Assembly: GCA_963665295.1 (NCBI GenBank)
Contig: OY762209.1
Span: forward strand, 4,960,001 to 5,024,000
Origin: Syntrophorhabdaceae bacterium
GTDB lineage: Bacteria; Desulfobacterota; Syntrophorhabdia; Syntrophorhabdales; Syntrophorhabdaceae
DNA: 64,000 bases
Reading direction: 5' to 3'
Shown: one piece after another, positions 9,192 to 18,214 of the stretch
Position numbering within the stretch: position 1 is the stretch's first letter
Layout: each line of letters opens with the position of its first letter
The notes under the pieces: generated by a model
What the model was told of the DNA's origin: nothing
Seen by the model: only the letters and a program-made list of their open reading frames with translations
The model's database searches: none
Program-made: the position numbers and the translations under genes

Positions 9192-10571
9192 TTAATCCCA
9201 AATCTTGCCTGGGTTCATTATGTTGTTCGGATCGAAAAGGGCCTTGATGCTCTTCATAAGGTTGACCACTACGGGGTTCGTAACTTTGTTGAAGAATTTC
9301 TGTTTTTCAAGGCCGATGCCGTGTTCTCCCGAAAGAACGCCCCCAAGCTCCACCGCGCTCTCTATGATCTCGTCAATTGCCTTCAGAGACCTTTCATAAT
9401 GCTCTTTGTTCTTGATATCCGTCAATACCGAGGGATGAAGGTTGCCGTCGCCCGCGTGCCCGAGGCAGCAGGATTCGACGTTGTATTTTTTCGCAATCAC
9501 CTTGATCTTCTTGATAAGGGCAGGGATATTCCCTCTCGGGACGGTGACATCCTCCGACATAACTGTGGGCGCTTTTCCGAAGACAGCCGCAAAGCCCGCC
9601 TTTCTCGCCATCCAGTACTTGTCGGCCTCCGCCTGATCCTTGGCGACCCTTACGTCTACGGCGCCATATTTCTTCGCCACCTCGACGACCTTTTCTATCT
9701 CTTTTTCCACGACCTCAGGTATGCCGTCGCACTCGAAAAGAAGTACGGCATCCGCGTCCTTGGGAAGACCCATGGGTGCGATCTCTTCTATTCTATTGAT
9801 AACCCAGTTATCGAGAAGTTCTATCTTGGCCGGTATCACCCCATTTTCCAGAACCCGAAAGACGTTTTCGCCCGCCACCGACACGTCTGCATAGACTGCC
9901 ATGACCGTCTTCTTAGCCTGTGGGATCGGCCTCAACTTCAATTCCGCCTTTGTAATCACGCCAAGGGTACCCTCGGAGCTGATGAAAATGTGGAGGAGAT
10001 CATATCCGACCACGTTCTTGAGTGTCCTGCCCCCGAGATTAACAATCTCGCCCGTTGGGAGCACGGCCTCGATTCCGAGGATGTACTGCTTCGTAACGCC
10101 GTACTTCACGCATGCCGGTCCACCTGCGTTCTCCGCGATGATCCCGCCCATGGTAGCGCCAAGAAAACTCTGCGGATCCGGCGGAAAGAAGAGCCCGTCT
10201 TTCGCCAGCTGCATTGTGAGATCCTGAAGCACTACGCCACATTCCACTGTGGCCGACAGGTTTTCCTTGTCGATCTTCACGATCTTGTTCATCTTGGTGG
10301 TGACCAGAACGATCCCGCCCATGACCGGCACCGACCCGCCGCTCACGTTGGTGCCGCCGCCCCTCGGAGTTACAGGTATCTTCTCCTGATTGGCCAGCTT
10401 CAAGATCGCCGCGATCTGTTCCGAGGTTGTGGGGAAAACTACGACCTCCGGCTCATGCTGCCACATCGACGTGCCGTCGTACGAATACGCCTTGAGCCCC
10501 TCGGGCGTCGTCAGGACTTCTTCTTTCCCGACAATCTTCTGCAATTCAGCTAATACTGCTTCTCTTATCAT
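9192..10571 (-). CDS. glcD: FAD-linked glycolate/D-lactate dehydrogenase subunit, GlcD-like
   Basis: PRGGGT, FPPDP, ENAGG..VKYGVT, SSEGTLG, GHAGDGNLH, SGEHGIG, MNPGK motifs. Confidence 0.85.
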   Translation of the reverse strand: MIREAVLAELQKIVGKEEVLTTPEGLKAYSYDGTSMWQHEPEVVVFPTTSEQIAAILKLANQEKIPVTPRGGGTNVSGGSVPVMGGIVLVTTKMNKIVKIDKENLSATVECGVVLQDLTMQLAKDGLFFPPDPQSFLGATMGGIIAENAGGPACVKYGVTKQYILGIEAVLPTGEIVNLGGRTLKNVVGYDLLHIFISSEGTLGVITKAELKLRPIPQAKKTVMAVYADVSVAGENVFRVLENGVIPAKIELLDNWVINRIEEIAPMGLPKDADAVLLFECDGIPEVVEKEIEKVVEVAKKYGAVDVRVAKDQAEADKYWMARKAGFAAVFGKAPTVMSEDVTVPRGNIPALIKKIKVIAKKYNVESCCLGHAGDGNLHPSVLTDIKNKEHYERSLKAIDEIIESAVELGGVLSGEHGIGLEKQKFFNKVTNPVVVNLMKSIKALFDPNNIMNPGKIWD

Positions 10572-10834
10572 CCAGACCCCCTATTCGAAAAGTTATGTGA
10601 TATATTGTAGTAATATCCTTTTATTAGTGAATTTGTCAAGCGAATATGATAAAGGGTTCAACCTGTTTTCCATACAGAATCACCGTCTTGGGACCACCGG
10701 GGTTTTCCCGTATACAGGGGTTTTCGTATACGGTTTTTTCCTCCGCGGCACGGGCCGATATCGTCGAAGCGGTCTTTAATGAAGGGTAAAACCATCCCGT
10801 AGACAGTATACCATAAGGCGCAAGGAAGAAACAA

Positions 10835-11743
10835 ATGGCGACCATCGAGACCATCGCACCCATATTTCTCATCATGATAATCGGTTATATCATGCAAAAA
10901 ACGGGTTTTCTGAACAGCATTTTCGCCAGGGAAGCAAATAGGCTCACCTTCCTTTTTACCCTGCCCGTACTCATATTCACAGGCATCGTGAAGTCCAATG
11001 CGAGGGATGTGACGGCTTCCCACATCCTCGCCGTCATACTTCCGTCGGCAGCCGTCTTTCTTATAGCCTGCGCCCTGGGCATGGCAATCGGCCTCAGGAA
11101 GGGGACGCTGGGAAGCTTTGTCCAGACTACATTTCACGGAAACGTCTCATACATCGGACTCGCCGTACTCTATTACATGCTCGGCGAAGACGGGCTTATG
11201 AGGGGGAGCATCCTTATCGGGTTCCTCATACTCTTCAACAACACCCTTGCCGTCGCGGTCCTTTCCCGGGCCTCCGGGCAACACACGAACCCGGCCGCCC
11301 AGATCCTTTCCATCATCAAGACTCCGGTAATCCCCGCCACCTTTGCAGGCATGGCGGTCCTCTATTCCGGCATCGCCGTCCCCGGTGTAATTATGAAGAC
11401 CATGGTTATTCTCGCGAACGTGGCCCTTCCTGTTGCTCTCATCCTTATCGGCGCGTCCATCTCACCCGGCGCCATAAGAAATGCTTTCAGGCTCTCCGTT
11501 CTTTCCACGGCCCTTAAGTCGGGCGTCCTGCCCTTTCTCGCCCTCATCACCTGTCACCTTTTCGCCATTCCTCCCCGGGATGCCCTCCCCGCTGTCCTGC
11601 TCCTTGCCACTCCGACGGCAAGCACGTCCTATATCATGGCCCGCCAGATGGGAGGGGATTCTGAATTCGCATCCTGCGCGGTGACCCTGTCCACGATCCT
11701 CTCCCCTGTTGCCTTCGGGTTGTGGGCATACATCATGGCGTAA
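10835..11743 (+). CDS. AEC (auxin efflux carrier/malate permease) family transporter
   Basis: About 10 hydrophobic helices; GNVSYIGL and PTASTSYIMARQMGGD motifs. Confidence 0.85.
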   Translation: MATIETIAPIFLIMIIGYIMQKTGFLNSIFAREANRLTFLFTLPVLIFTGIVKSNARDVTASHILAVILPSAAVFLIACALGMAIGLRKGTLGSFVQTTFHGNVSYIGLAVLYYMLGEDGLMRGSILIGFLILFNNTLAVAVLSRASGQHTNPAAQILSIIKTPVIPATFAGMAVLYSGIAVPGVIMKTMVILANVALPVALILIGASISPGAIRNAFRLSVLSTALKSGVLPFLALITCHLFAIPPRDALPAVLLLATPTASTSYIMARQMGGDSEFASCAVTLSTILSPVAFGLWAYIMA

Positions 11744-11777
11744 GGGGTTTTTGCGGCGTGTCCCTTGAACGGAAGCC

Positions 11778-12596
11778 CTAGGGCTTCAATCGTTCCAGTT
11801 TTTCGACAACCGGGGCTATTCCGTGCTGCTCCATGTCGTAACTTTCCACGATGACCTTCCCTTTGTAGCCAAGCTCCGCGAGGCCGTGGACGATCCTTTT
11901 CAGATCAACGCCGTTTTTGAGAAACGCATGATCGTCCTTTATACCGGAGTTGCCGTGGAGGTGGACATGTATAAGGTGGTGGGGACCAAGGCGCGCGAGG
12001 TCCGAAAGTATCGCGCCTTCCGGGTCAACCGCCCCCTTCCCGTGCTGCACGATATAGGCGTGTCCCACGTCGAGGGCGAGTCCCACATGGGGCACCCGCT
12101 CGCAAAAGCGGGCGAAGTCGCCCAATTCATGGAGAAAGAAATAGGGCATGTGCACGTTCTCCAGGGCTATCGTCACCCCGAGTTCTTTCGCGTAAAGGGA
12201 TAGGTCGCTCAAATCCTCGATGAAATTGGCCCTTGCCTTTTCCTCCACATCCCTGGCTTTCCCCGAGAGAAAGGTATAACCCGGATGTACCACCACCGGG
12301 CTTGCACCGACTGTGCCGGCCACCCGGAGGGCATCCTTTATCCGTTCTTTTGAGATGGCCCTGATGTCTTCGAAAAAGCTTCCTAGGTTTATCTCGAAGA
12401 AGGGGGCATGCATGGAAAATTCCACCCCTTGGGCCCCCAGGCGTTCGATCTCCCGGAAAAACCCTGTGTCCATGGTGAGGACGTGGGGTATCTCCATGGA
12501 CAGTTCGAAAACCCTTATGCCATGGGACATGGCTTTTTCAATGGCGGAGAACAACCTTTTCCCGGTGAAAAAATAGGTGGAAAATCCGAATTTCAT
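11778..12596 (-). CDS. Sugar phosphate isomerase/epimerase (AP endonuclease 2 TIM barrel)
   Basis: SMHAPF, VVHPG, ALENV, LDVGHA, HVHLH...DDH, VIVE metal motifs. Confidence 0.85.
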   Translation of the reverse strand: MKFGFSTYFFTGKRLFSAIEKAMSHGIRVFELSMEIPHVLTMDTGFFREIERLGAQGVEFSMHAPFFEINLGSFFEDIRAISKERIKDALRVAGTVGASPVVVHPGYTFLSGKARDVEEKARANFIEDLSDLSLYAKELGVTIALENVHMPYFFLHELGDFARFCERVPHVGLALDVGHAYIVQHGKGAVDPEGAILSDLARLGPHHLIHVHLHGNSGIKDDHAFLKNGVDLKRIVHGLAELGYKGKVIVESYDMEQHGIAPVVEKLERLKP

Positions 12597-12707
12597 CTAA
12601 AGCGGTTCCTCTTGCCGATCGCGCCGGTACCCTTCATATAATAGTGGGGTTCCGGGCCGCCGACTGTGTGCGGCCCGGGCCCACCGGCTTTCGGCGCTCT
12701 GTCGGTG

Positions 12708-13352
12708 TTACTTCAGTGCTGCTTTTACCTGGGCAACAATCTCATCACTGCTGAGAGAAGCGATGGTCTTAAGAAGGCCTTCCTTCGCGTAGAAATTGAT
12801 GAGAGGAGAAGTTTTCTCATTGTAAGTCTCGAGGCGCTTCGTAATTGCGTCCACTGTCTCGTCGGCGCGCTGCACTGCGGGAGAGCCGCACTTCAGGCAT
12901 TTTCCCTCCGGTGTCGGCGGCTTGCTTTTTATATTATAGATTTCCTGGCAGTCGGGGTTCGAGCAGGTCCTTCTTGTGGTCAACCTGTCCAGAATGACGT
13001 CCGTCGGCACATCGAGGTTGATGACCGCGTCCAGCTTGATGCCCAGTTTGCCAAGGAGCACCTTGAGGTCCTCCGCCTGGGGTATGGTCCTCGGAAAACC
13101 ATCGAGCAAGAAACCCTTTGCGCAGTCCGGCTCCTGAAGCCTTGCTTCCATGATGTCCATGATCAGTTTGTCGGGCACGAGTTCGCCCCGCTCCATGTAT
13201 CCCTGCGCTTCCAAACCAAGTTTCGTCTTGGCCTTGACCGCGTTCCTCAAAATATCGCCTGTGGAGATTTGCACTGATCCGTCATAATCGGTCAACATCT
13301 TTGCCACCGTACCCTTACCGGCACCCGGCGCTCCCAGTAATACTATTTTCAT
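12708..13352 (-). CDS. adk: Adenylate kinase with Zn-binding LID
   Basis: GAPGAGKGT, ISTGDILR, LDGFPRT, LID CSNPDC...CLKC. Confidence 0.97.
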   Translation of the reverse strand: MKIVLLGAPGAGKGTVAKMLTDYDGSVQISTGDILRNAVKAKTKLGLEAQGYMERGELVPDKLIMDIMEARLQEPDCAKGFLLDGFPRTIPQAEDLKVLLGKLGIKLDAVINLDVPTDVILDRLTTRRTCSNPDCQEIYNIKSKPPTPEGKCLKCGSPAVQRADETVDAITKRLETYNEKTSPLINFYAKEGLLKTIASLSSDEIVAQVKAALK

Positions 13353-13595
13353 GGGCCAGCCTCCTGTTTTTATATTTGTTTGGGTTTAAGACGCGATATT
13401 ATACCTCCATTTTCACCAAATGGAAATCTAATTCGCCCCGGCCGGGGAAGGACGGGGACGGGGGCAGCGGAAGGGCGATATCCTTTTCGTGAACAATCGA
13501 TTCCGGCGAGACCTGAATACTGTACTGGTTTATGTCCATAGACCCCGTCACGGGGAAACCGTTGGAATAGCTTGATCAGCGGGTTTCGACCCTTT

Positions 13596-13624
13596 TTGAC
13601 AGGGTTCATGGAGTAGGCTATACT
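13596..13624 (+). promoter_or_regulatory. sigma70 promoter of the helicase gene (TTGACA-17-TATACT)
   Basis: TTGACA 13596-13601, TATACT 13619-13624. Confidence 0.7.
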
Positions 13625-13630
13625 ATTGTG

Positions 13631-15631
13631 ATGAAAACCTATACGCTGCACCGGGACGCCTCCCCCCGCAAGGCGCTCGTGGATTATGAAAAAGACCTGA
13701 ACGAGGAGCAGTTTGCCGTGGTTACCGCCTCTCACGGCCCTATCCTTGTCATAGCCGGGGCGGGAAGCGGCAAAACCAGGGTTGTCACGTACCGGGTGGC
13801 CCGGTTGCTCGAACAAGGGGTATCGCCCAATTCCATTCTTCTCCTCACGTTCACAAACAAGGCGGCCCGCGAGATGCTCTATCGCGTGGAACGTCTGGTC
13901 AAGATGGATACGCGCTACATGTGGGGAGGCACCTTTCACCATATCGGCAACCTGATCTTGAGGCAAAACAGCAAAAGAGTGGATTACAAGCCTGATTTCA
14001 TCATACTTGACAACGAAGATGCCAAAGACCTGATAGACGTGGTGACGAAGGAAGCGAAGATCGACACCAAGGAAAAGCGGTTCCCCAAAGGGCAGGTGCT
14101 GAAAGAGGTGTTCAGTTACTCCCTCAACACCATGCAGGATATCGAGGAAACGGTTGACCAGAGGTATCCCGATTTTCTCGATATCCTGGGTCAGATTGCG
14201 GATATTCAGAAAGGGTACTCGGAAAAGAAGAAGGCCTCTAATGTCATGGACTTCGACGATCTTCTCTACTACTGGCACCGGCTTCTGGCCGAGGACGAAA
14301 CATTGCGGAAGTATTATGCCTCTGTTTTTTCGCACATCCTTGTCGATGAATACCAGGACACAAACAGGATACAGTCGGAAATAGTCGATTTCATGGGTCT
14401 TATCAACCGGAACGTCATGGCCGTCGGAGACGATGCGCAATCGGTCTATAGTTTCCGTGGAGCCAATTTCCAGAACATCTTCGATTTCCCCAAGCGCTAC
14501 AGCGATGCCCGGGTCTATAAACTGGAGACCAATTACAGGAGCACTCCGGAGATCCTTGACCTCGCCAACCATTCCATTTCACACAATGTGCAGCAGTTCG
14601 AAAAGAACCTGCGGGCAGTGAGGATTAACGGCGTTATCCCTGCGGTCACCCCCACAAGGGACGTGATGCAGCAGGCCGAGTTCGTGGTACAGCGAATAAG
14701 GGAATTGCGCGATGAAGGGGTCCCCCTGAGCGAGATCGCGGTACTCTACCGCGCCCATTACCACTGCATGGAATTGCAGATGGAATTGACCCGGCACGAC
14801 ATACCTTTTGAGATACGAAGCGGCCTCCGGTTCTTTGAACAGGCCCACATCAAGGATGTGGTTGCCTATCTCAGGATCATGCTCAACCCCTCGGACGAAA
14901 TCTCATGGAAGCGGATACTCAAGATGCTGCCTCGTATAGGAAAGAAGACGGCGGACCGTATCTACGACCTGATAAAGACCCATGATGATCCCATTGCGCT
15001 TTTTATCACCAAAAAGATCGGGGAGCACTTCAAGAGCCTGCAGCAAGGGGACGTAGAACGCCTCTCCAGGCTTTTCGCCCGCCTTGAGGCGCTGAAGGGG
15101 TATGAAGCCATGTCCGATATGATCGCCGCCATCCTTGAGCACGGTTATACCGACTACCTCAAGTACACCTATCCCAACGCGGAGAATCGTCTCGAAGACA
15201 TAGGCCAGTTCATGAATTTCTCGACCGGGTACGACTCGCTCCTCAATTTCCTGAGCGAGCTTTCCCTTATGAGCGGTATAAGCGGAGAAGAGATCGACTC
15301 CACCGACGGACGGGGGGACGAGAGGGTTATTCTCAGCACCATTCACCAAGCGAAGGGACTCGAGTGGAATGTGGTCTTTCTTATCTGGTGCGCCGAAGGA
15401 AGGTTTCCCAACCCCAAGGCAGTGGAAGAGGGTGAAACCGAAGAGGAGAGGCGTCTTTTCTATGTGGCGGCGACGCGGGCCAAAGATCAACTCTATCTCT
15501 GCCACCCCCTGATGACCTTCGATCGCCAGATAGGCTCCGTCAGCCTGAGACCGTCCCGTTTCATCGCGGAGTTGAAATCATCCCACTACGAGGAATGGCA
15601 CATCGCGGACGAGTGGTCAACCCTTGCGTAG
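13631..15631 (+). CDS. UvrD/PcrA/Rep-family ATP-dependent DNA helicase
   Basis: IAGAGSGKT, TFTNKAA, VDEYQD, VGDDAQSVYSFRGA, NYRS, STIHQAKGLE, EERRLFYVA.TRA motifs. Confidence 0.95.
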   Translation: MKTYTLHRDASPRKALVDYEKDLNEEQFAVVTASHGPILVIAGAGSGKTRVVTYRVARLLEQGVSPNSILLLTFTNKAAREMLYRVERLVKMDTRYMWGGTFHHIGNLILRQNSKRVDYKPDFIILDNEDAKDLIDVVTKEAKIDTKEKRFPKGQVLKEVFSYSLNTMQDIEETVDQRYPDFLDILGQIADIQKGYSEKKKASNVMDFDDLLYYWHRLLAEDETLRKYYASVFSHILVDEYQDTNRIQSEIVDFMGLINRNVMAVGDDAQSVYSFRGANFQNIFDFPKRYSDARVYKLETNYRSTPEILDLANHSISHNVQQFEKNLRAVRINGVIPAVTPTRDVMQQAEFVVQRIRELRDEGVPLSEIAVLYRAHYHCMELQMELTRHDIPFEIRSGLRFFEQAHIKDVVAYLRIMLNPSDEISWKRILKMLPRIGKKTADRIYDLIKTHDDPIALFITKKIGEHFKSLQQGDVERLSRLFARLEALKGYEAMSDMIAAILEHGYTDYLKYTYPNAENRLEDIGQFMNFSTGYDSLLNFLSELSLMSGISGEEIDSTDGRGDERVILSTIHQAKGLEWNVVFLIWCAEGRFPNPKAVEEGETEEERRLFYVAATRAKDQLYLCHPLMTFDRQIGSVSLRPSRFIAELKSSHYEEWHIADEWSTLA

Positions 15632-15824
15632 GCCACCGGCGTTCCATTTCCCTGATGAGAAGTAAGTGTCGTTTCTGTAATGATGGCCGCTGGCTCGAAT
15701 ATTTTATGCAGTATTTACGGTATGTTAGGTACGGCGTTTTGCGACTATTTGCCCGAAAGAGAGTTACTTCTCAGGGATCGATAGTCAACTACGTCCCCTA
15801 TGGTGCCTTTCTTCCCTGTGCCTA

Positions 15825-17984
15825 TTATGCCTCCAGCCTTGCATCCAATGGGCGCCTAACCGCCCCGGCCAGTTCCCGCCTGGTAAGGGGTTTCACGAGA
15901 AACGCCCTGATCCCTATTTCCTTTGCCTCCTCCGGCGACACTGTCTCGCTGTGGCCGGTACAGAGGATAACGGGGATGTCGCCCCTTATTGCGAGAAGCT
16001 CTTTCGCAAGATCTGCCCCGGTCAGTCGGGAAATGGTCTGATCCGTGATGACGAGGTCGAATAGGGTCGGGTCGGCAGAAAAAATATTGAGGGCCTCCAC
16101 GCTGTCGGTCACGGCGGTTACCATGTACCCGAGCCGGCTTAGGACAGCCCGTCCCCATTCAACGAGCATCTCTTCGTCATCGACGAGAAGGATCCTCTCA
16201 TCCCCTCCGGGGATATGAGGCATCTCTGCAACCTCCGTTACTGTACCGGTCATTGCTTTAGGTAGAAGCACCCTGAAGGTGGAACCCACCCCGGGCTCAC
16301 TTTCGACGGTGATCGTGCCCTGAAGGTCCTTTACGATCCCGTACACCATTGCGAGGCCCATGCCGGTGCCTTCACCCGCGCCCCTCGTGGTAAAGAAGGG
16401 TTCGAAAATCCGTTTTATCACCTGGGGACTCATGCCCGTTCCCGTGTCCTTCACGGTGAGTTGGATAAATTCCCCGGGAGTCACGTCAAGTCCCGGTACG
16501 GGAGAGTCCGGCACAAAACCAAAATCCGCGAGGCCGATCTCAAGGATCCCTGTTCCCTGCATGGCAAGGGAGGCATTGGTGGCGAGGTTCATAAGGACCT
16601 GCTGCACCTCCGTGGGGGCAGCGAGTACCGTGTCGGAGGTCGTGGTGATCGTAACCCGGATCTCAATCGTGACGGGAATAGAGGCCCTCAAGAGCTGAAC
16701 GGTCTCATCAATGATGGGTGAGAGGGACAGCAGGGTTTTCGCATGATTGGTCTTACGGGAAAAGGAAAGGATTTGTTTCACAAGATCTCTTGCCCTCATG
16801 GCCGATTTCAGGACATTCTTAAGATTCTTCCCCACGAGGGGACGATCGGGGACATCATCAATCGCCATCTCCGTGAACCCGACGATCGCCCCCAGGATGT
16901 TGTTGAAATCATGGGCAATCCCTCCCGCGAGGGTACCGATAGCCTCCATCTTCTGCACCTGGCGGAGCTGCTCTTCGACTTGGCGCTGCCTGGTGACCTC
17001 CTCGACCGCCACGCTTACACCCACAACCTTTCCCGAGGAGTCTTTCAGCGGATACCAGCCCGCTATCCATGTCCGGGGGGGAGCTCCCGGTCTCGCCAGG
17101 GTTTCTCCGGTGATTTCCATATCGATGACCGGCTCACCCGTCTCTATGATCCGGCGGACCAGGCGCTCGGCTTCATCTGCGAAGGCAGGCACTATCTCGC
17201 GCATAGACCGGCCGAGGTGCTCCCGGGCCGGTATGCCGTTCATCTCGGCGAGGCGTTCATTTACTCTCTGATACCGAAGATCGGTATCCAGGACACATAA
17301 ACCAATGGGCGCTGTATCGTAATAGGCCTCGATTTCCCTTTTCTGTTCCCGGGCAATCTCCTCGCTCTTCGTGAGCGCTTCGGTCCTATCCCTTACGCGT
17401 TCCTCCAGTTCATCGTGCGCTTTCTTAAGCGCCTCCTCGGCCCGCTTCCTCGCGGTGATGTCGCTCGCCGCCGACCGGCAATGGGTAAAACGTCCTTTGT
17501 CATCCTTGCTCGCAATGCTTTCGAGGGACACCGTTATGCGGGTCCCATCTTTCTTCGCGATATCGATCTCGCACAACTCCCGGGCGGTGGTGCGCAGGAC
17601 CTTTTTATGATGCTCAAAGAATATTTTCTCGGAATAGGGCGCCACGAAGCGGGAAAAAGGCTTATTGAGGAGGCGGCCCCTTTCCACGCCAAGCAGCCTG
17701 GCGCCGGTCAGGTTAACCTCGAGGATCAGTCCGTGCTCATCAAAGGTAAAATAGCCCACGGGGGCAAAGTCGTAGAGGTCGGCATAACGGGATCGCGAAG
17801 CCTCGATTTCAACTTGGGACTGCCTGAGCGCCACATTTTGCATCTCAAGCTCGATCTGGTGCGTTTCAAGTTCCTGGAGGAGGTACTCGGGGTCCCGGGA
17901 CGAGGGCGGTGCAACCGAATCCGATTCCCCCGGTATGGTTTTCACGGGCTCTCTCTCATCCTCGTCGTGTGGGTGGCGTGTCAT
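15825..17984 (-). CDS. Hybrid PAS sensor histidine kinase/response regulator
   Basis: HQIELEMQN coiled coil, two PAS domains, GGIAHDFNNIL H-box, N/G/F boxes, C-terminal receiver LLVDDE..DLVITD. Confidence 0.95.
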   Translation of the reverse strand: MTRHPHDEDEREPVKTIPGESDSVAPPSSRDPEYLLQELETHQIELEMQNVALRQSQVEIEASRSRYADLYDFAPVGYFTFDEHGLILEVNLTGARLLGVERGRLLNKPFSRFVAPYSEKIFFEHHKKVLRTTARELCEIDIAKKDGTRITVSLESIASKDDKGRFTHCRSAASDITARKRAEEALKKAHDELEERVRDRTEALTKSEEIAREQKREIEAYYDTAPIGLCVLDTDLRYQRVNERLAEMNGIPAREHLGRSMREIVPAFADEAERLVRRIIETGEPVIDMEITGETLARPGAPPRTWIAGWYPLKDSSGKVVGVSVAVEEVTRQRQVEEQLRQVQKMEAIGTLAGGIAHDFNNILGAIVGFTEMAIDDVPDRPLVGKNLKNVLKSAMRARDLVKQILSFSRKTNHAKTLLSLSPIIDETVQLLRASIPVTIEIRVTITTTSDTVLAAPTEVQQVLMNLATNASLAMQGTGILEIGLADFGFVPDSPVPGLDVTPGEFIQLTVKDTGTGMSPQVIKRIFEPFFTTRGAGEGTGMGLAMVYGIVKDLQGTITVESEPGVGSTFRVLLPKAMTGTVTEVAEMPHIPGGDERILLVDDEEMLVEWGRAVLSRLGYMVTAVTDSVEALNIFSADPTLFDLVITDQTISRLTGADLAKELLAIRGDIPVILCTGHSETVSPEEAKEIGIRAFLVKPLTRRELAGAVRRPLDARLEA

Positions 17985-18214
17985 GCCTATTCTTTTTGTC
18001 CGATTAAGTCTAACAAATATGACCTTCGGTTTGCAAATTAAGTTCAGATTTCATGGTCACAAGAGAGACCTCCCGATTATTGATGTTTCTTTGTAAAAGA
18101 GTAATGTTATACTGAATATAAGCACCCGGATTGCATTTGTCATAGAGAGGCTCAAGGAACTTTCTCTTAGGCGGTTTCCATAGTGCATATGGACTGAAAT
18201 CGAGGAGGAACGAC

